Shown here: in pieces, positions 1 to 9,614 of the stretch
Position numbering within the stretch: the first letter of the stretch is position 1
Layout of the letters: every line of letters starts with the position of its first letter
From: an uncultured Candidatus Saccharibacteria bacterium
Lineage (GTDB): Bacteria > Patescibacteriota > Minisyncoccia > Phycocordibacterales > UBA918
Assembly (NCBI GenBank): GCA_964402035.1
Contig: CAYOAM010000001.1
Coordinates: forward strand, 96,679-160,678
Direction of reading: 5' to 3'
DNA length: 64,000 nucleotides
The notes under the pieces: generated by a model
What the model was told of the DNA's origin: nothing
Seen by the model: only the letters and a program-made list of their open reading frames with translations
The model's database searches: none
Program-made: the position numbers and the translations under genes

Positions 1-1
1 G

Positions 2-532
2 GTACAGCTGACTGTTACATCATTTCCTAATATGCAACCACTTGAAGCGTCGGTTGTCGAGATTAGCTCTTTACCCGATGAGAGCGGTGTTGCGCAGTAT
101 GGCGTGAAGGCGCTCATACATGCAGAGGGTGAGACACTACTATTGTTGCGAGAGGGTTTAATAGCGGACGTCCTCATTGTTAACGACGAAAAAAAGCAAG
201 CTCTTCGTGTTCCCGTTGCTGCACTTTCATATATCGATGGTACACCAAAAGTAACAGTCGTGGATGCGTTGACAGAGGAACAAAAAAAACAAGTAGCATC
301 GCAGGGTATTGTGCGTACTGATACTGCTGCGCTGGCAACGTATGTGACTCCAGTTGAACTCGGCATTATTGGAAAATTCTATGTGGAGATTATGAGTGGC
401 GTTACGGAGAATACATATTTACTCACTACTGGCACCGTGGGAACGAGTACAGGATCAGTTGTAGGTCAAGCAAATTTTGGGCCACCACGAGAGCGTACCT
501 CTTCTCCCCAAACTACGGGAGCGCGTAATTGA
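2..532 (+). CDS. C-terminal fragment of a probable periplasmic adaptor / membrane-fusion protein (MacA/HlyD-like), 5'-truncated by the window edge
   Basis: Frame is open from the window start. Gly/Thr-rich C-terminal region lies directly upstream of a MacB-type ABC ATPase and FtsX permease, the usual efflux-operon order. No diagnostic motif was seen, so the call rests on context. Confidence 0.35.
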   Translation, partial: VQLTVTSFPNMQPLEASVVEISSLPDESGVAQYGVKALIHAEGETLLLLREGLIADVLIVNDEKKQALRVPVAALSYIDGTPKVTVVDALTEEQKKQVASQGIVRTDTAALATYVTPVELGIIGKFYVEIMSGVTENTYLLTTGTVGTSTGSVVGQANFGPPRERTSSPQTTGARN

Positions 533-545
533 TCGCAGGGTCCTT

Positions 546-1262
546 ATGGAATCTAACAAAACACAGACTGACATTGTACGACTGCTTGATGTCTCAAAAA
601 GTTTTTATATGAGTGGTGGACTTGAGGTGCCGGTACTTCACCATATAAATCTCACCATACGTGATGGTGAGATGGTAGCAATTTTGGGTCAATCTGGTTC
701 AGGAAAATCTACATTAATGAACATCATTGGTGGACTTGATGTAGCAAGTCAGGGTGACTATTATTTTGCGGGAAAGCACGTCAATGGGATGTCCTCAAGT
801 GAACTGGCGGAGCTGCGCTCACGAGATATCAGTTTTGTATTCCAAGCGTTTCATTTGTTACCACAGAAAAATGTTTACCAAAATGTGCAGTTGCCACTTT
901 TATATCAGCGCGGATTTATTGGTGATGCAGATGAATACGTGACGCATGCCTTAAAGCGAGCGGCACTTGAAGAAGAGCACTGGTACAAGCGACCCAACCA
1001 GCTATCGGGTGGTCAGCGGCAGCGTGTAGCGATTGCTCGCGCACTAGTTGCAAGACCGAAGCTCTTGCTTGCGGATGAGCCCACAGGAAATCTTGATTCA
1101 AAAACCGGAGGCGCGATTATTGAGGCACTTAAATACCTCAACCAACACTACGGGACGACGATCGTCATTGTGACGCACGATGAGTCACTCTCGAGTATCG
1201 TCGATCGCGTGATCCACATCAAGGATGGAAATGTTGCAGAAGAACCTAAACGAACATCATGA
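546..1262 (+). CDS. ABC transporter ATP-binding protein, MacB/LolD-like
   Basis: Walker A GQSGSGKST, ABC signature LSGGQRQRVAIARAL, Walker B LLLADEPTGNLD, and H-loop VTHD. Start taken at MESNK rather than the upstream ATG, to avoid overlap with the preceding stop. Confidence 0.9.
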   Translation: MESNKTQTDIVRLLDVSKSFYMSGGLEVPVLHHINLTIRDGEMVAILGQSGSGKSTLMNIIGGLDVASQGDYYFAGKHVNGMSSSELAELRSRDISFVFQAFHLLPQKNVYQNVQLPLLYQRGFIGDADEYVTHALKRAALEEEHWYKRPNQLSGGQRQRVAIARALVARPKLLLADEPTGNLDSKTGGAIIEALKYLNQHYGTTIVIVTHDESLSSIVDRVIHIKDGNVAEEPKRTS

Positions 1263-2443
1263 AATTTAGATTTCTTTTACGAGAGTCAGTACAAGCTTTG
1301 CGTGGCAATATGCTGCGGTCATTGCTCACTATCGTAGGTATTGTGGTGGGTATTTTTTCTGTGACTGCCATGCTCGCACTAGGGCAGGGACTTTCAGGAA
1401 ACATTCTTGATAGGTTCAATTCCTTCACTGCAGGAGATATCACGGTCGCTGGTTCGCTGACGCAAACAGATCTTGCATGGATAAAAAACCAAAGCTATGT
1501 GTCTGCAGCGCTCGGTTCACAGAGTATCCAGAACGCCAAGGTCATTGCATTGGGTAGCGAGTTTTCACCAAGTATTCAAATGAGTTTGGGAGACTATACG
1601 TCGGTTAAAACTTTGACCATGGTCAGCGGTGCAATTTTTGATTTTAACGATGCTGCCTTCAAAGATCGAGTGGTACTCGTTGATCAAGGTTTTGTGGCGG
1701 CAGTACTGGCAGAGACGGGGCGCGATGTATCGACAGGGTCTATAACACTGAATGGCAAAGAATTTACCATAGTGGGAGTTTTTGAGGGTGGCGCTGGGGG
1801 ATTTGGGCGGCGTAATGACGGTACGGTGATTGTGCCGTATGCAGCTGCAGTCGGAGTACTGACCAACACAACAACATTTTCATCTATTGGTATTCGTCTC
1901 AAAGATACGCAATATTTTGAAGCTGCAGGTAAGCACATTTTGGAGTCACTCAATGTGTCACGCGCCGCAGAAAAGGATAGTGAAGATTATTTTAGCGTCA
2001 CCACAGCACAAGATGCGATAAAAACCGCACAAGAAACAACCTCCATGATTAGTATCTTTTTGGGTATTGTGGGTGGAATCGCGCTGTTTGTTGGTGGTAT
2101 TGGAACTATGAATATGATGCTGACGACCGTGACGGAACGCACAAGAGAAATTGGTCTTCGAAAAGCAATTGGTGCTCGGGATAGCGATATACTCCTCCAA
2201 ATACTTTTAGAAGCCGTGATGCTGACCATTATTGGAGGTGCTATTGGTATTATACTGACCTATGGTGCATCGAATATAGCGAATAGGATTTTAACAGCAG
2301 ACTCAATTATTAGTGTGGTTATGTCAGGCAGCGTTGTTGCGTATGCAACCGGTATTGCAATCGTAGTCGGCATCGTCTTTGGCCTGTATCCAGCTCAGAG
2401 AGCATCCAAGTTGCAGCCTGTCGATGCCCTTCGCGCAGAATAA
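1259..2443 (+). CDS. ABC transporter permease, FtsX/MacB-type, with a large periplasmic domain
   Basis: N-terminal TM helix, about 250-aa extracytoplasmic domain, then three C-terminal TM helices with the FtsX-like GxxxxxxxERxxEIGLxKAxGA motif (ERTREIGLRKAIGA). ATGA overlap with the upstream ATPase. Confidence 0.85.
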   Translation: MKFRFLLRESVQALRGNMLRSLLTIVGIVVGIFSVTAMLALGQGLSGNILDRFNSFTAGDITVAGSLTQTDLAWIKNQSYVSAALGSQSIQNAKVIALGSEFSPSIQMSLGDYTSVKTLTMVSGAIFDFNDAAFKDRVVLVDQGFVAAVLAETGRDVSTGSITLNGKEFTIVGVFEGGAGGFGRRNDGTVIVPYAAAVGVLTNTTTFSSIGIRLKDTQYFEAAGKHILESLNVSRAAEKDSEDYFSVTTAQDAIKTAQETTSMISIFLGIVGGIALFVGGIGTMNMMLTTVTERTREIGLRKAIGARDSDILLQILLEAVMLTIIGGAIGIILTYGASNIANRILTADSIISVVMSGSVVAYATGIAIVVGIVFGLYPAQRASKLQPVDALRAE

Positions 2444-2498
2444 GGGCTGTACAGGCGTTCAGTAAATCTTCAGCATCGTAGTGTACCCTTAAGACAAT

Positions 2499-3179
2499 AT
2501 GAAAGTAGTACTTGTTGAAGACAATAACGTTTTGCAGAAAAGTATCGAGAAGGTCTTAATACAGGAAGGGCATGCAGTCCGCTGTTTTTCTGATGGAGAA
2601 GAGGCGCTAACTTTTTTGTGTGAAGAAAAAGCAGCTGTCGATGTTGCCATCATTGATTACATGCTTCCTGGCATGGACGGCGTGACGCTGATTTCACACA
2701 TGCGGAAAGAGCATGTCGCTACACCGGTCTTAATGTTGACTGCTCGTAGCGAATTGAGTGATAAAGTGCATAGTCTTACGAGTGGAGCAGACTATTATCT
2801 TACGAAGCCTTTTGAATTTGATGAATTGTTGGCTTGTCTCACCGCACTCTATCGTCGACCAAAAAACTATCAACCACGCGTGGTAGACGTCGCTTCAGGA
2901 ATCTCATTTAATACAGATACTCGCGTGATTCGTGGAGAGAAGAAAAGTGTCTTATTGACGCCTGCAGAAGCGGGAATACTTGAGCATTTACTGCGAAATC
3001 GTGGTACAACTCTTTCGCAGCATGACCTCTATGAACATGTGTTTGATTTTGCAAAAGAAAATTGGAGTAATACGATTGAGGTCCATATCAAAAATCTACG
3101 CAAGAAATTAACACCTATAGCACATGAAAATCTTATCAAAACTGTTCGCGGTATCGGTTACCGAATGGAAATACAATGA
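2499..3179 (+). CDS. OmpR-family two-component response regulator
   Basis: Receiver-domain acidic pocket (VEDN, IIDYMLPGMDG, K at LTKP) and a C-terminal winged-helix trans_reg_C domain (TVRGIGYR). Confidence 0.9.
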   Translation: MKVVLVEDNNVLQKSIEKVLIQEGHAVRCFSDGEEALTFLCEEKAAVDVAIIDYMLPGMDGVTLISHMRKEHVATPVLMLTARSELSDKVHSLTSGADYYLTKPFEFDELLACLTALYRRPKNYQPRVVDVASGISFNTDTRVIRGEKKSVLLTPAEAGILEHLLRNRGTTLSQHDLYEHVFDFAKENWSNTIEVHIKNLRKKLTPIAHENLIKTVRGIGYRMEIQ

Positions 3180-4140
3180 ATTCTTTAAGGCCCGGGTGCA
3201 GCTGACGCTGCTGTACACGAGTATTCTCGCGGGTATACTTTTTTTGTTCTCCAGTTTTCTCTATATCACCGTTGATCGCAATTTTGAATCTGATGATAAA
3301 AATGTGGAAGAGGAGCACACTGAGTACCATGAGCAATTCGAACTGGAGTTTCTAGAGGAATTTTGGGAGAACCTCATTATCGCAAACATCATCTTGCTTG
3401 CACTCTCAACGATCCTCGGTTTCTTGTTGGCGGGAAAGACCCTTGCACCTATTCAGCGGAAAATGCGACAGCAGGAGCAGTTTAGCCAGGACGTAGCGCA
3501 TGAATTACGTACGCCACTTTCTGCACTTTATGCATCCGTTGGTGCTACCTTGCGTAACCCGTTGCTGCAGAGCGAGGCTCGAGAAACGTTTCAGGATGTG
3601 CAGCAGGAGACAAAACGCCTTATCGAACTATCAGAACGATTGCTTGCAAGTGCGCGTGGCGAACCCGCAGTGCAACATACGCTACCAGTATCGCTTGCTG
3701 ATGTAATTCGAAATGTACTAGTGAGACTAAAGGGTAGTATTGATGAAAAACAACTAACTATAGCGGCCGATTATTCACAGGATTTTGCTGTGTCGGGTGA
3801 TCCTGTACGGCTGGAAGAAATGTTTATCAATATTGTGCACAATGCGATAAAGTTTTCACATAGACGTGGGACAATTGAAATACAGATTCAAGCAGGTGGT
3901 GTTGTGGAAGTAACTGATCACGGTATGGGTATTACAAAAGAAAACCTCGATCGAGTATGGAATCGTTTTTTTACCACCAATACAGCGCGCGATGAGCGCG
4001 GCGTGCGCGGTGCTGGCCTTGGACTTGCTATTGTGCGTGAAATAGCAAAGGAGCATAGCGCGGAGATTTCACTTGATAGTGAGCTTGGCTCAGGGACAAC
4101 TATTCGAGTACATTTTTTGCAACTTGCAAAGACGATTTAA
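3124..4140 (+). CDS. Sensor histidine kinase
   Basis: TM helix, HisKA H-box HELRTPL, and HATPase_c N/G boxes (HNAIKFS, DHGMGI, GLGLAIV). Overlaps the response-regulator 3' end, typical of an operon. Confidence 0.85.
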   Translation: MKILSKLFAVSVTEWKYNEFFKARVQLTLLYTSILAGILFLFSSFLYITVDRNFESDDKNVEEEHTEYHEQFELEFLEEFWENLIIANIILLALSTILGFLLAGKTLAPIQRKMRQQEQFSQDVAHELRTPLSALYASVGATLRNPLLQSEARETFQDVQQETKRLIELSERLLASARGEPAVQHTLPVSLADVIRNVLVRLKGSIDEKQLTIAADYSQDFAVSGDPVRLEEMFINIVHNAIKFSHRRGTIEIQIQAGGVVEVTDHGMGITKENLDRVWNRFFTTNTARDERGVRGAGLGLAIVREIAKEHSAEISLDSELGSGTTIRVHFLQLAKTI

Positions 4141-4835
4141 TGGAATGCTTCGACAAAGAATGAACAATTGTGCGGGTTGTGCGTGCCAATTTTTTCTTGT
4201 AGCGCATCACAGGCTTTCACTTGGCCACACATATAAATATCTGCGTCACTAAAATCTAATGTTGATACATGATCCTGAATATAGCCTTTCCATGCATAGT
4301 CTTGCGCAATTGGATTTGATACTACATAGGTGGCGGTTACTTTTGGGTTCTTTGCGAGTAGTTCAAAGTACTCTTTGTAGATTATGTCATCTTCTGCTCT
4401 ACTGCCGGTCACGATGACTATTTTTTCAACAACCGGATTATCTATGGCGTATGCAGCGATTGATTTTATAACACCGGCACCAATTCCGAAACCAAAAAGG
4501 AATAGGTTGGGTTTACTGAGTTTGTCTCCAGTATTGCTTCCAAATGGACCCATAACAGTTACCGAATTTCCTAGTATCGAGTCTTTCCAAAATTGAGGGG
4601 TAACCTTTCCTGTTGGTGTCAGACGGACTGCTATCGTAATTGTTTTTTGTTCAACATTTGCAGAGACAACTGAATATGCTCGTCGTAGTGTCTCACCTTC
4701 AATCGATATAAATAGATTGATGAATGATCCAGGCGGGCACTCAAACAGAGACTCAAGCGAGATCGTCACTTCTTTTGCTGTGGGTGATAGTGGTGTGACA
4801 CGCGTGATGGTACCACTGCTTTTAAATATCTTCAT
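4137..4835 (-). CDS. FNR-like FAD/NAD(P)-binding oxidoreductase (ferredoxin-reductase-type)
   Basis: RAYS (RxYS) FAD-binding motif, glycine-rich GFGIGAGV nucleotide-binding loop, and C-terminal CG motif (MCGQ). ATGA-coupled to the upstream heme membrane protein. Confidence 0.6.
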   Translation of the reverse strand: MKIFKSSGTITRVTPLSPTAKEVTISLESLFECPPGSFINLFISIEGETLRRAYSVVSANVEQKTITIAVRLTPTGKVTPQFWKDSILGNSVTVMGPFGSNTGDKLSKPNLFLFGFGIGAGVIKSIAAYAIDNPVVEKIVIVTGSRAEDDIIYKEYFELLAKNPKVTATYVVSNPIAQDYAWKGYIQDHVSTLDFSDADIYMCGQVKACDALQEKIGTHNPHNCSFFVEAFH

Positions 4836-5452
4836 ATATGTTGGGTGTTATGTTCATACCGTTTTAAGGTATTGATAGTAAAAGCCAAGATGGTTAGTGA
4901 AGCCACAATGTACATGTAGTAGGCTACGGTCATATCGTGGTAGGCGAGGTAGACAAAGAGCGCGCTTGCAAAGAAATATACATAGGAAAGTCTCTGTATT
5001 CGTTTCCACCACTTTCCCAAGATTCTTTTAGAGAAATTATTTGATGTTATAAGCAGTAGTAGGGCACTTATGTCTGCAAGGTGTGCGAGCAGTGCATACC
5101 CTTCGAGTGACCAATAGTGCCATGCAAGGACGCTACCAAAAAATCCACTTGGATCAATGATTATTTTTGCAAAGGTGAACGATATAACGATTGATGCTGA
5201 AAGTACCCCAACTCCTTTTCGTAGTATAACGAGCGGACGCACGACAGGGATGCTCGGCAACATATCTGCAAGTGGACGAATGGTCATCACAAACAGTGCT
5301 GCAATGTGTGCAATGCTATAGAGAGCTGTCGCATAGCGGTTTACGGAATCTGGGTAGAATACAATTAAGACAGGCAGCGTGCCCATAATTGTAAGTGAAA
5401 TCGCTAGAAATATTTTTTGTAGATAGCGGATTATGGTGAGGTATATTTTCAT
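4832..5452 (-). CDS. Ferric-reductase-like transmembrane (di-heme b) component, MsrQ/YedZ-like
   Basis: Six predicted TM helices with paired His residues spaced for heme ligation (HIAALFVM..., HYWSLEGYALLAH). Gene order is ApbE, then TM, then FNR. Confidence 0.5.
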   Translation of the reverse strand: MKIYLTIIRYLQKIFLAISLTIMGTLPVLIVFYPDSVNRYATALYSIAHIAALFVMTIRPLADMLPSIPVVRPLVILRKGVGVLSASIVISFTFAKIIIDPSGFFGSVLAWHYWSLEGYALLAHLADISALLLLITSNNFSKRILGKWWKRIQRLSYVYFFASALFVYLAYHDMTVAYYMYIVASLTILAFTINTLKRYEHNTQHI

Positions 5453-6336
5453 ATATATGTATGTACCAATCCTGATTGAGTAATCGTGAATCCACGCACA
5501 TGTTCACCGACAGTTTTTTCAACCTCATCAATGGTGAGCGCCATCAATATCTTTGTGTACGCGTCTGATGGTGCGCCATGTTCGTGTATGACACTAGCTG
5601 AAACAATAGGTGTTGTTGGGTTATGTTGACCATTTTGATCAAGGATATGGTGTATGGTGTCACCGTCCGAAATCCAAGTCCGTTTGTATGTCCCACTTGT
5701 TGCAATACTTCTGTCGAGGAGCGGTATTGCTATGGTCTCAAGTGTTACCGGGTTCGCAATTTCAAATATAAATGGCTCGTTTACAGCGTCGACTCCGCGA
5801 GCGTGTATATCGCCACCAATATTTACTATGACTCCTTGGATTGTGGGGTGTGAATCTTGGATCCGTCGCGCCTCGATTTCAGCGAGATGTCCCTTTAAAA
5901 AACCTCCAAAATCGAGCTTCTGGTCTTCTATGAGTGTGACTGTGCGATTCTCAGTATCTACTTCTATATCATCAATACAAATATTGTAAGTACCTTGTTG
6001 TGACTTTTGTGCAGTACCCTTTATTTTGTCAAACGTAGCGGTGTATCCGAAACGCTCAATCTGAAAGAGCGGATTAAAGTACCCCCTTGTCTTCTTTGAA
6101 AGTGAAATCCCCAGCTGCAGTATTTCAAGGAATAGAGAGGTGACGCGGAGAGTTCTTTTTTGATTGAGTTGTGAGAGTTCACTTTGAGGATCAAAACGAG
6201 AAAATTGTTTTTCATACGCTTGCAGGTTTTTCCATGTCGCCTCGAAACATTGATCTGCTGTATGCTGATGTTCTGTCACGATAGATACCGACAAATCGGT
6301 ACCCATAATTTTTTTCTGAAACTCAAATTCTTGCAT
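5449..6336 (-). CDS. apbE: FAD:protein FMN transferase (ApbE family)
   Basis: ApbE-like motifs: SRFDPQSELSQLN, DFGGFLKG, NIGGDI, and a C-terminal Thr/Ser-rich FAD-binding region. No lipoprotein signal, so possibly cytoplasmic. Confidence 0.75.
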   Translation of the reverse strand: MQEFEFQKKIMGTDLSVSIVTEHQHTADQCFEATWKNLQAYEKQFSRFDPQSELSQLNQKRTLRVTSLFLEILQLGISLSKKTRGYFNPLFQIERFGYTATFDKIKGTAQKSQQGTYNICIDDIEVDTENRTVTLIEDQKLDFGGFLKGHLAEIEARRIQDSHPTIQGVIVNIGGDIHARGVDAVNEPFIFEIANPVTLETIAIPLLDRSIATSGTYKRTWISDGDTIHHILDQNGQHNPTTPIVSASVIHEHGAPSDAYTKILMALTIDEVEKTVGEHVRGFTITQSGLVHTYI

Positions 6337-6453
6337 TGCTCAAGTATCGTATAGATCGCTGAAGAAAGACTGAAGATTGGCCGTACTCAATCTTCAGACT
6401 TTCTTCAGTTGTGTCGGTCATACTGGCGTCATTATCTATTAATAGAAAACAAT

Positions 6454-6624
6454 ATGTCTCAATATGTATGTTTGGAGTGTGGATGGATCTACGACGAAGC
6501 TCTGGGTATGCCGGAGAGAGATATTGAGCCTGGAACGTTGTGGCATGAGCTACCTGATTCTTTCAAGTGTGGAGAATGTGAAGTATTGAAAGGTGAAACA
6601 CATAAATGGCAACGATTGGACTAA
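6454..6624 (+). CDS. Rubredoxin-like protein
   Basis: Two CxxC knuckles (CLECGWIY ... KCGEC) with the intervening rubredoxin-type G-P...W motif. Start chosen at MSQYVC. Confidence 0.7.
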   Translation: MSQYVCLECGWIYDEALGMPERDIEPGTLWHELPDSFKCGECEVLKGETHKWQRLD

Positions 6625-6659
6625 AGGTAATTATTTATTTTGATTAACATACATTACAT

Positions 6660-7184
6660 ATGAACACCGATCTCAGGAATGTACTGTTCTCATTTGGTGC
6701 AGTATTTCTGGTACTGTTTGGTACCAGCGATATCTATATGCGCACGCAGTTGCAGCAGGTCATATTGGAAAATGAGCAGATTCAAGAGGAACTTACAAAA
6801 CAAACTGAGCTCATCGAGCTTAATACAGATGATCCACTGGCTACCATGGACGACGTCAATGATGCTCTCACGGACACGCCAGTACCAGTGGTACAAAAAG
6901 CTCCTGACGTCGTAGTGCCAAGCAAAGATATCGTGGAAGTCTCAAAGAAGGCTAGCCTTCCTGCAGTACCGAAGCCTGTTTCTGTAGATACCACAGCAGC
7001 CGATGCCGCTTTAGTTGCACGTCTCAAGGCTGAAGCGCAATTGGCAGCAGAAAAGCAAAAGGCCATTGATGCGGCAAAAATAAAAGCTCAAGAATTGGCA
7101 AAATCTATCGCCGCAGAGAAGAAAAAGATAGACCAAGCTGCTGCAGCGAAAAAGAAGAAAAGTCGCCAGTCACGAGCGAGTTAG
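6660..7184 (+). CDS. Membrane-anchored coiled-coil protein, Ala/Lys-rich, hypothetical
   Basis: N-terminal TM helix followed by a low-complexity AEKQKAIDAAKIKAQE-type coiled coil. No catalytic motifs. Confidence 0.4.
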   Translation: MNTDLRNVLFSFGAVFLVLFGTSDIYMRTQLQQVILENEQIQEELTKQTELIELNTDDPLATMDDVNDALTDTPVPVVQKAPDVVVPSKDIVEVSKKASLPAVPKPVSVDTTAADAALVARLKAEAQLAAEKQKAIDAAKIKAQELAKSIAAEKKKIDQAAAAKKKKSRQSRAS

Positions 7185-7275
7185 TGCGAGATTATCGTAC
7201 TATGGCAGCACACTATGTATCCAAGATTCTTGCTATTGCATTTTTTTTAGAAAAGCTTAGTATGCTTTAAAAAAA

Positions 7276-8979
7276 ATGAAAAAAGTAGTTTTTAGTGTTG
7301 CCATTATTTGTCTCGTCCTGGTCCTTCCTAAATGCTCTATAGCTGCAGGGAATCTCATTGGTAACCCATCTGTTGAACAAAAGACAGGGCCCGGTCCCAC
7401 TGACTGGTTACGCACAAAAAAGGGTAATAACGTCTCTGTGTTTGCCTATAAAACAGATGGTTATGGGGGTGGTAAAAGCCTCTATATTAACGTCACAAAG
7501 TACATAACAGGGGAGTCATACTGGTACTTTAAGGATGTGCCAGTTGTACCGAATGCTACGTATACGTATAGCGAATATTACAAGTCTTCGATGTCAACGA
7601 AGCTGTATGCGCGAGTGCGTACAGCAGCAGGTGTCGAGACGACGATATTTTTGAAAGACGTACCTGCGGCGTCTGCGTGGACGGAAGTTTCTGCAGAAAT
7701 AGCAACACCATCAGACGCACAATTAATTACTGTATATCATGCTGCCAGCGCGCTCGGCTTTCTACAGACCGACAATTTTTCTCTTAATGAAAAGATCGTG
7801 GTGCCACAACCCGAGCCACCAATTGATCCGCCCCCACCGCAGGGTTCCCCTGACAATCCTATACCGAACCCTTCGGTTGAAGAAGTTTCAGATTCGGTAC
7901 CTACATTGCCGGCTCATTGGACGAAAGTAAAAACAGGAAACAACAATGCAGTGTTTACCTATCAAAACACCGGGCACACAGGAGAGCGGAGTTTGAAAGT
8001 GGCGATAACCCGGTATACGAGTGGGCTCGCGTATTTTGCATTTGATACGGCACCCGTCACTGGGGGTACAACATACGACTACTCTTTTTTCCAAAAGTCA
8101 GATGTGTATACAGAAGTTGATGCAGCGATCACGCTATCGAGCGGGGAAGTAGTATATCAATACCTCGGTGTTACATTTCCATCATCTGATTGGACAAAGT
8201 TTTCCACGAGGATTCGTATGCCCGAAGGGGCGGTACATGTCTCGATATACAACATGCTCTATTCAAAGGGGTATTTGGTGAGCGACGACTTTGCACTGAC
8301 TCCCGTACAGGTCGTACCTCTTGCACGACCACTCGTCTCGGTCACCTTCGATGACTTTTTTGATGCCCTCTACGACACGGTCTATCCCATGATGCAAGAA
8401 CATGGCTTTGCAGGGACGGCATACCTCCTGTCACAAGATCTCGGGAAGTCAGAAACGTTGACGCCAGACAAGATCATCGAAATGTCGCATCATGGTTTTG
8501 AGATTGGTGGTCATACCGTGACCCATGCACATTTACCATTTATCACTCCCCAAGAAGTCGACTATGAATTAGCACAATCAAAAACGGACATAGCAGCTTT
8601 TACTGGTATTACTCCAATAAACTTTGCTTCACCGTATGGTGAGTACAATGATGCAGTAAAAGAACAGATCAAACAGCAGTATCGCTCGCACCGGTCGGTT
8701 GATGTCGGCTATAACACCAAGGACAATTTTGATATGTACAACATCAAAGCAATGAGTACGATTAACACGACGACTCCTGAGACCGTGCTTGAGTGGGTGG
8801 ATGCTGCTATTGCGGATCGTGGGTGGCTTGTGCTCGTTTACCATGACATTATCGATAATGGGGCTACGTTTACCAATACTCCAGCACACCTTCAAGCTGT
8901 GCTCGACGGTATAGCTTCGCGCGGTGTTACGGTAAAGACCGTGGATAAAGCACTTGATGAGATTGTTCCGCAGATATAG
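7276..8979 (+). CDS. Secreted polysaccharide deacetylase (CE4/NodB domain) with two N-terminal beta-sandwich (CBM-like) repeats
   Basis: Signal peptide. Two about 170-aa repeats, each starting NLIGNPSVEQ / PNPSVEE. NodB motifs TFDD and HTVTHAHL in the C-terminal domain. Confidence 0.8.
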   Translation: MKKVVFSVAIICLVLVLPKCSIAAGNLIGNPSVEQKTGPGPTDWLRTKKGNNVSVFAYKTDGYGGGKSLYINVTKYITGESYWYFKDVPVVPNATYTYSEYYKSSMSTKLYARVRTAAGVETTIFLKDVPAASAWTEVSAEIATPSDAQLITVYHAASALGFLQTDNFSLNEKIVVPQPEPPIDPPPPQGSPDNPIPNPSVEEVSDSVPTLPAHWTKVKTGNNNAVFTYQNTGHTGERSLKVAITRYTSGLAYFAFDTAPVTGGTTYDYSFFQKSDVYTEVDAAITLSSGEVVYQYLGVTFPSSDWTKFSTRIRMPEGAVHVSIYNMLYSKGYLVSDDFALTPVQVVPLARPLVSVTFDDFFDALYDTVYPMMQEHGFAGTAYLLSQDLGKSETLTPDKIIEMSHHGFEIGGHTVTHAHLPFITPQEVDYELAQSKTDIAAFTGITPINFASPYGEYNDAVKEQIKQQYRSHRSVDVGYNTKDNFDMYNIKAMSTINTTTPETVLEWVDAAIADRGWLVLVYHDIIDNGATFTNTPAHLQAVLDGIASRGVTVKTVDKALDEIVPQI

Positions 8980-9019
8980 CTTTAGATCGTTTTCTGTATG
9001 TTTTAAGGTAGAATAGAGT

Positions 9020-9577
9020 ATGAAAAACATATTACTCATAGTTGTTCTTGTTGGATTAGGGGTCATTATTGGGTATCGCTATGGTGCGGGGCGAGGCGTA
9101 GCTGTGTCAGATACTCAACTTACTCCGGCCAATACTTCATCTGAAACTGCAACATCGACAACAAAACCACGACAGACCGTGACGACATCTGTCCCGATAG
9201 GTAAGGTACTCGATCTACATCAAAAGGGATTGACTATTGTGCCTGCCGATATTTTTAATAAAACAGATATAGAAGAGTTGGATTTATCGGACAATAACCT
9301 TTCTGGAACATTGCCTGCAGAAGTTCGTCATTTACAGAATCTCAAGGTCTTAGACCTGAGCAACAATAACTTCACTGGCGTGCCGGCTGAAGTGGGTCAG
9401 CTTAAAGACTTGCAGCTTTTGAATCTTGCAAACAATAAGATCACCGGTCTTCCGCATGAAATTGGAAATCTAAAAAAATTACAAGTTCTGGATCTCTCTG
9501 GCAATGAGTATTCTGTAGTAGATCTGGAGGTAATAAAGAAAGCTTTGCCACCTAATGTGCTCATAAAGACGCGATAA
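9020..9577 (+). CDS. Leucine-rich-repeat surface protein with N-terminal membrane anchor
   Basis: Signal-anchor helix, then four consecutive LxxLxLxxNxL repeats (LDLSDNNLSG, LDLSNNNFTG, LNLANNKITG, LDLSGNEY). Confidence 0.75.
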   Translation: MKNILLIVVLVGLGVIIGYRYGAGRGVAVSDTQLTPANTSSETATSTTKPRQTVTTSVPIGKVLDLHQKGLTIVPADIFNKTDIEELDLSDNNLSGTLPAEVRHLQNLKVLDLSNNNFTGVPAEVGQLKDLQLLNLANNKITGLPHEIGNLKKLQVLDLSGNEYSVVDLEVIKKALPPNVLIKTR

Positions 9578-9614
9578 AATAATCGCGGTACAGGGGTGAT
9601 ATACTTTTGTATAC

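Noticed and set aside
1684-2443. Antisense ORFs 1684..1953, 1958..2200, 1987..2229 (-)
   Set aside because: They lie entirely within the well-supported FtsX permease gene and show no motifs.
3124-3180. 56-nt overlap between the response regulator and the histidine kinase as a possible frameshift
   Set aside because: Both ORFs are full length with intact domains. Overlap of this size is acceptable for coupled two-component genes, and an alternative downstream kinase start cannot be excluded.
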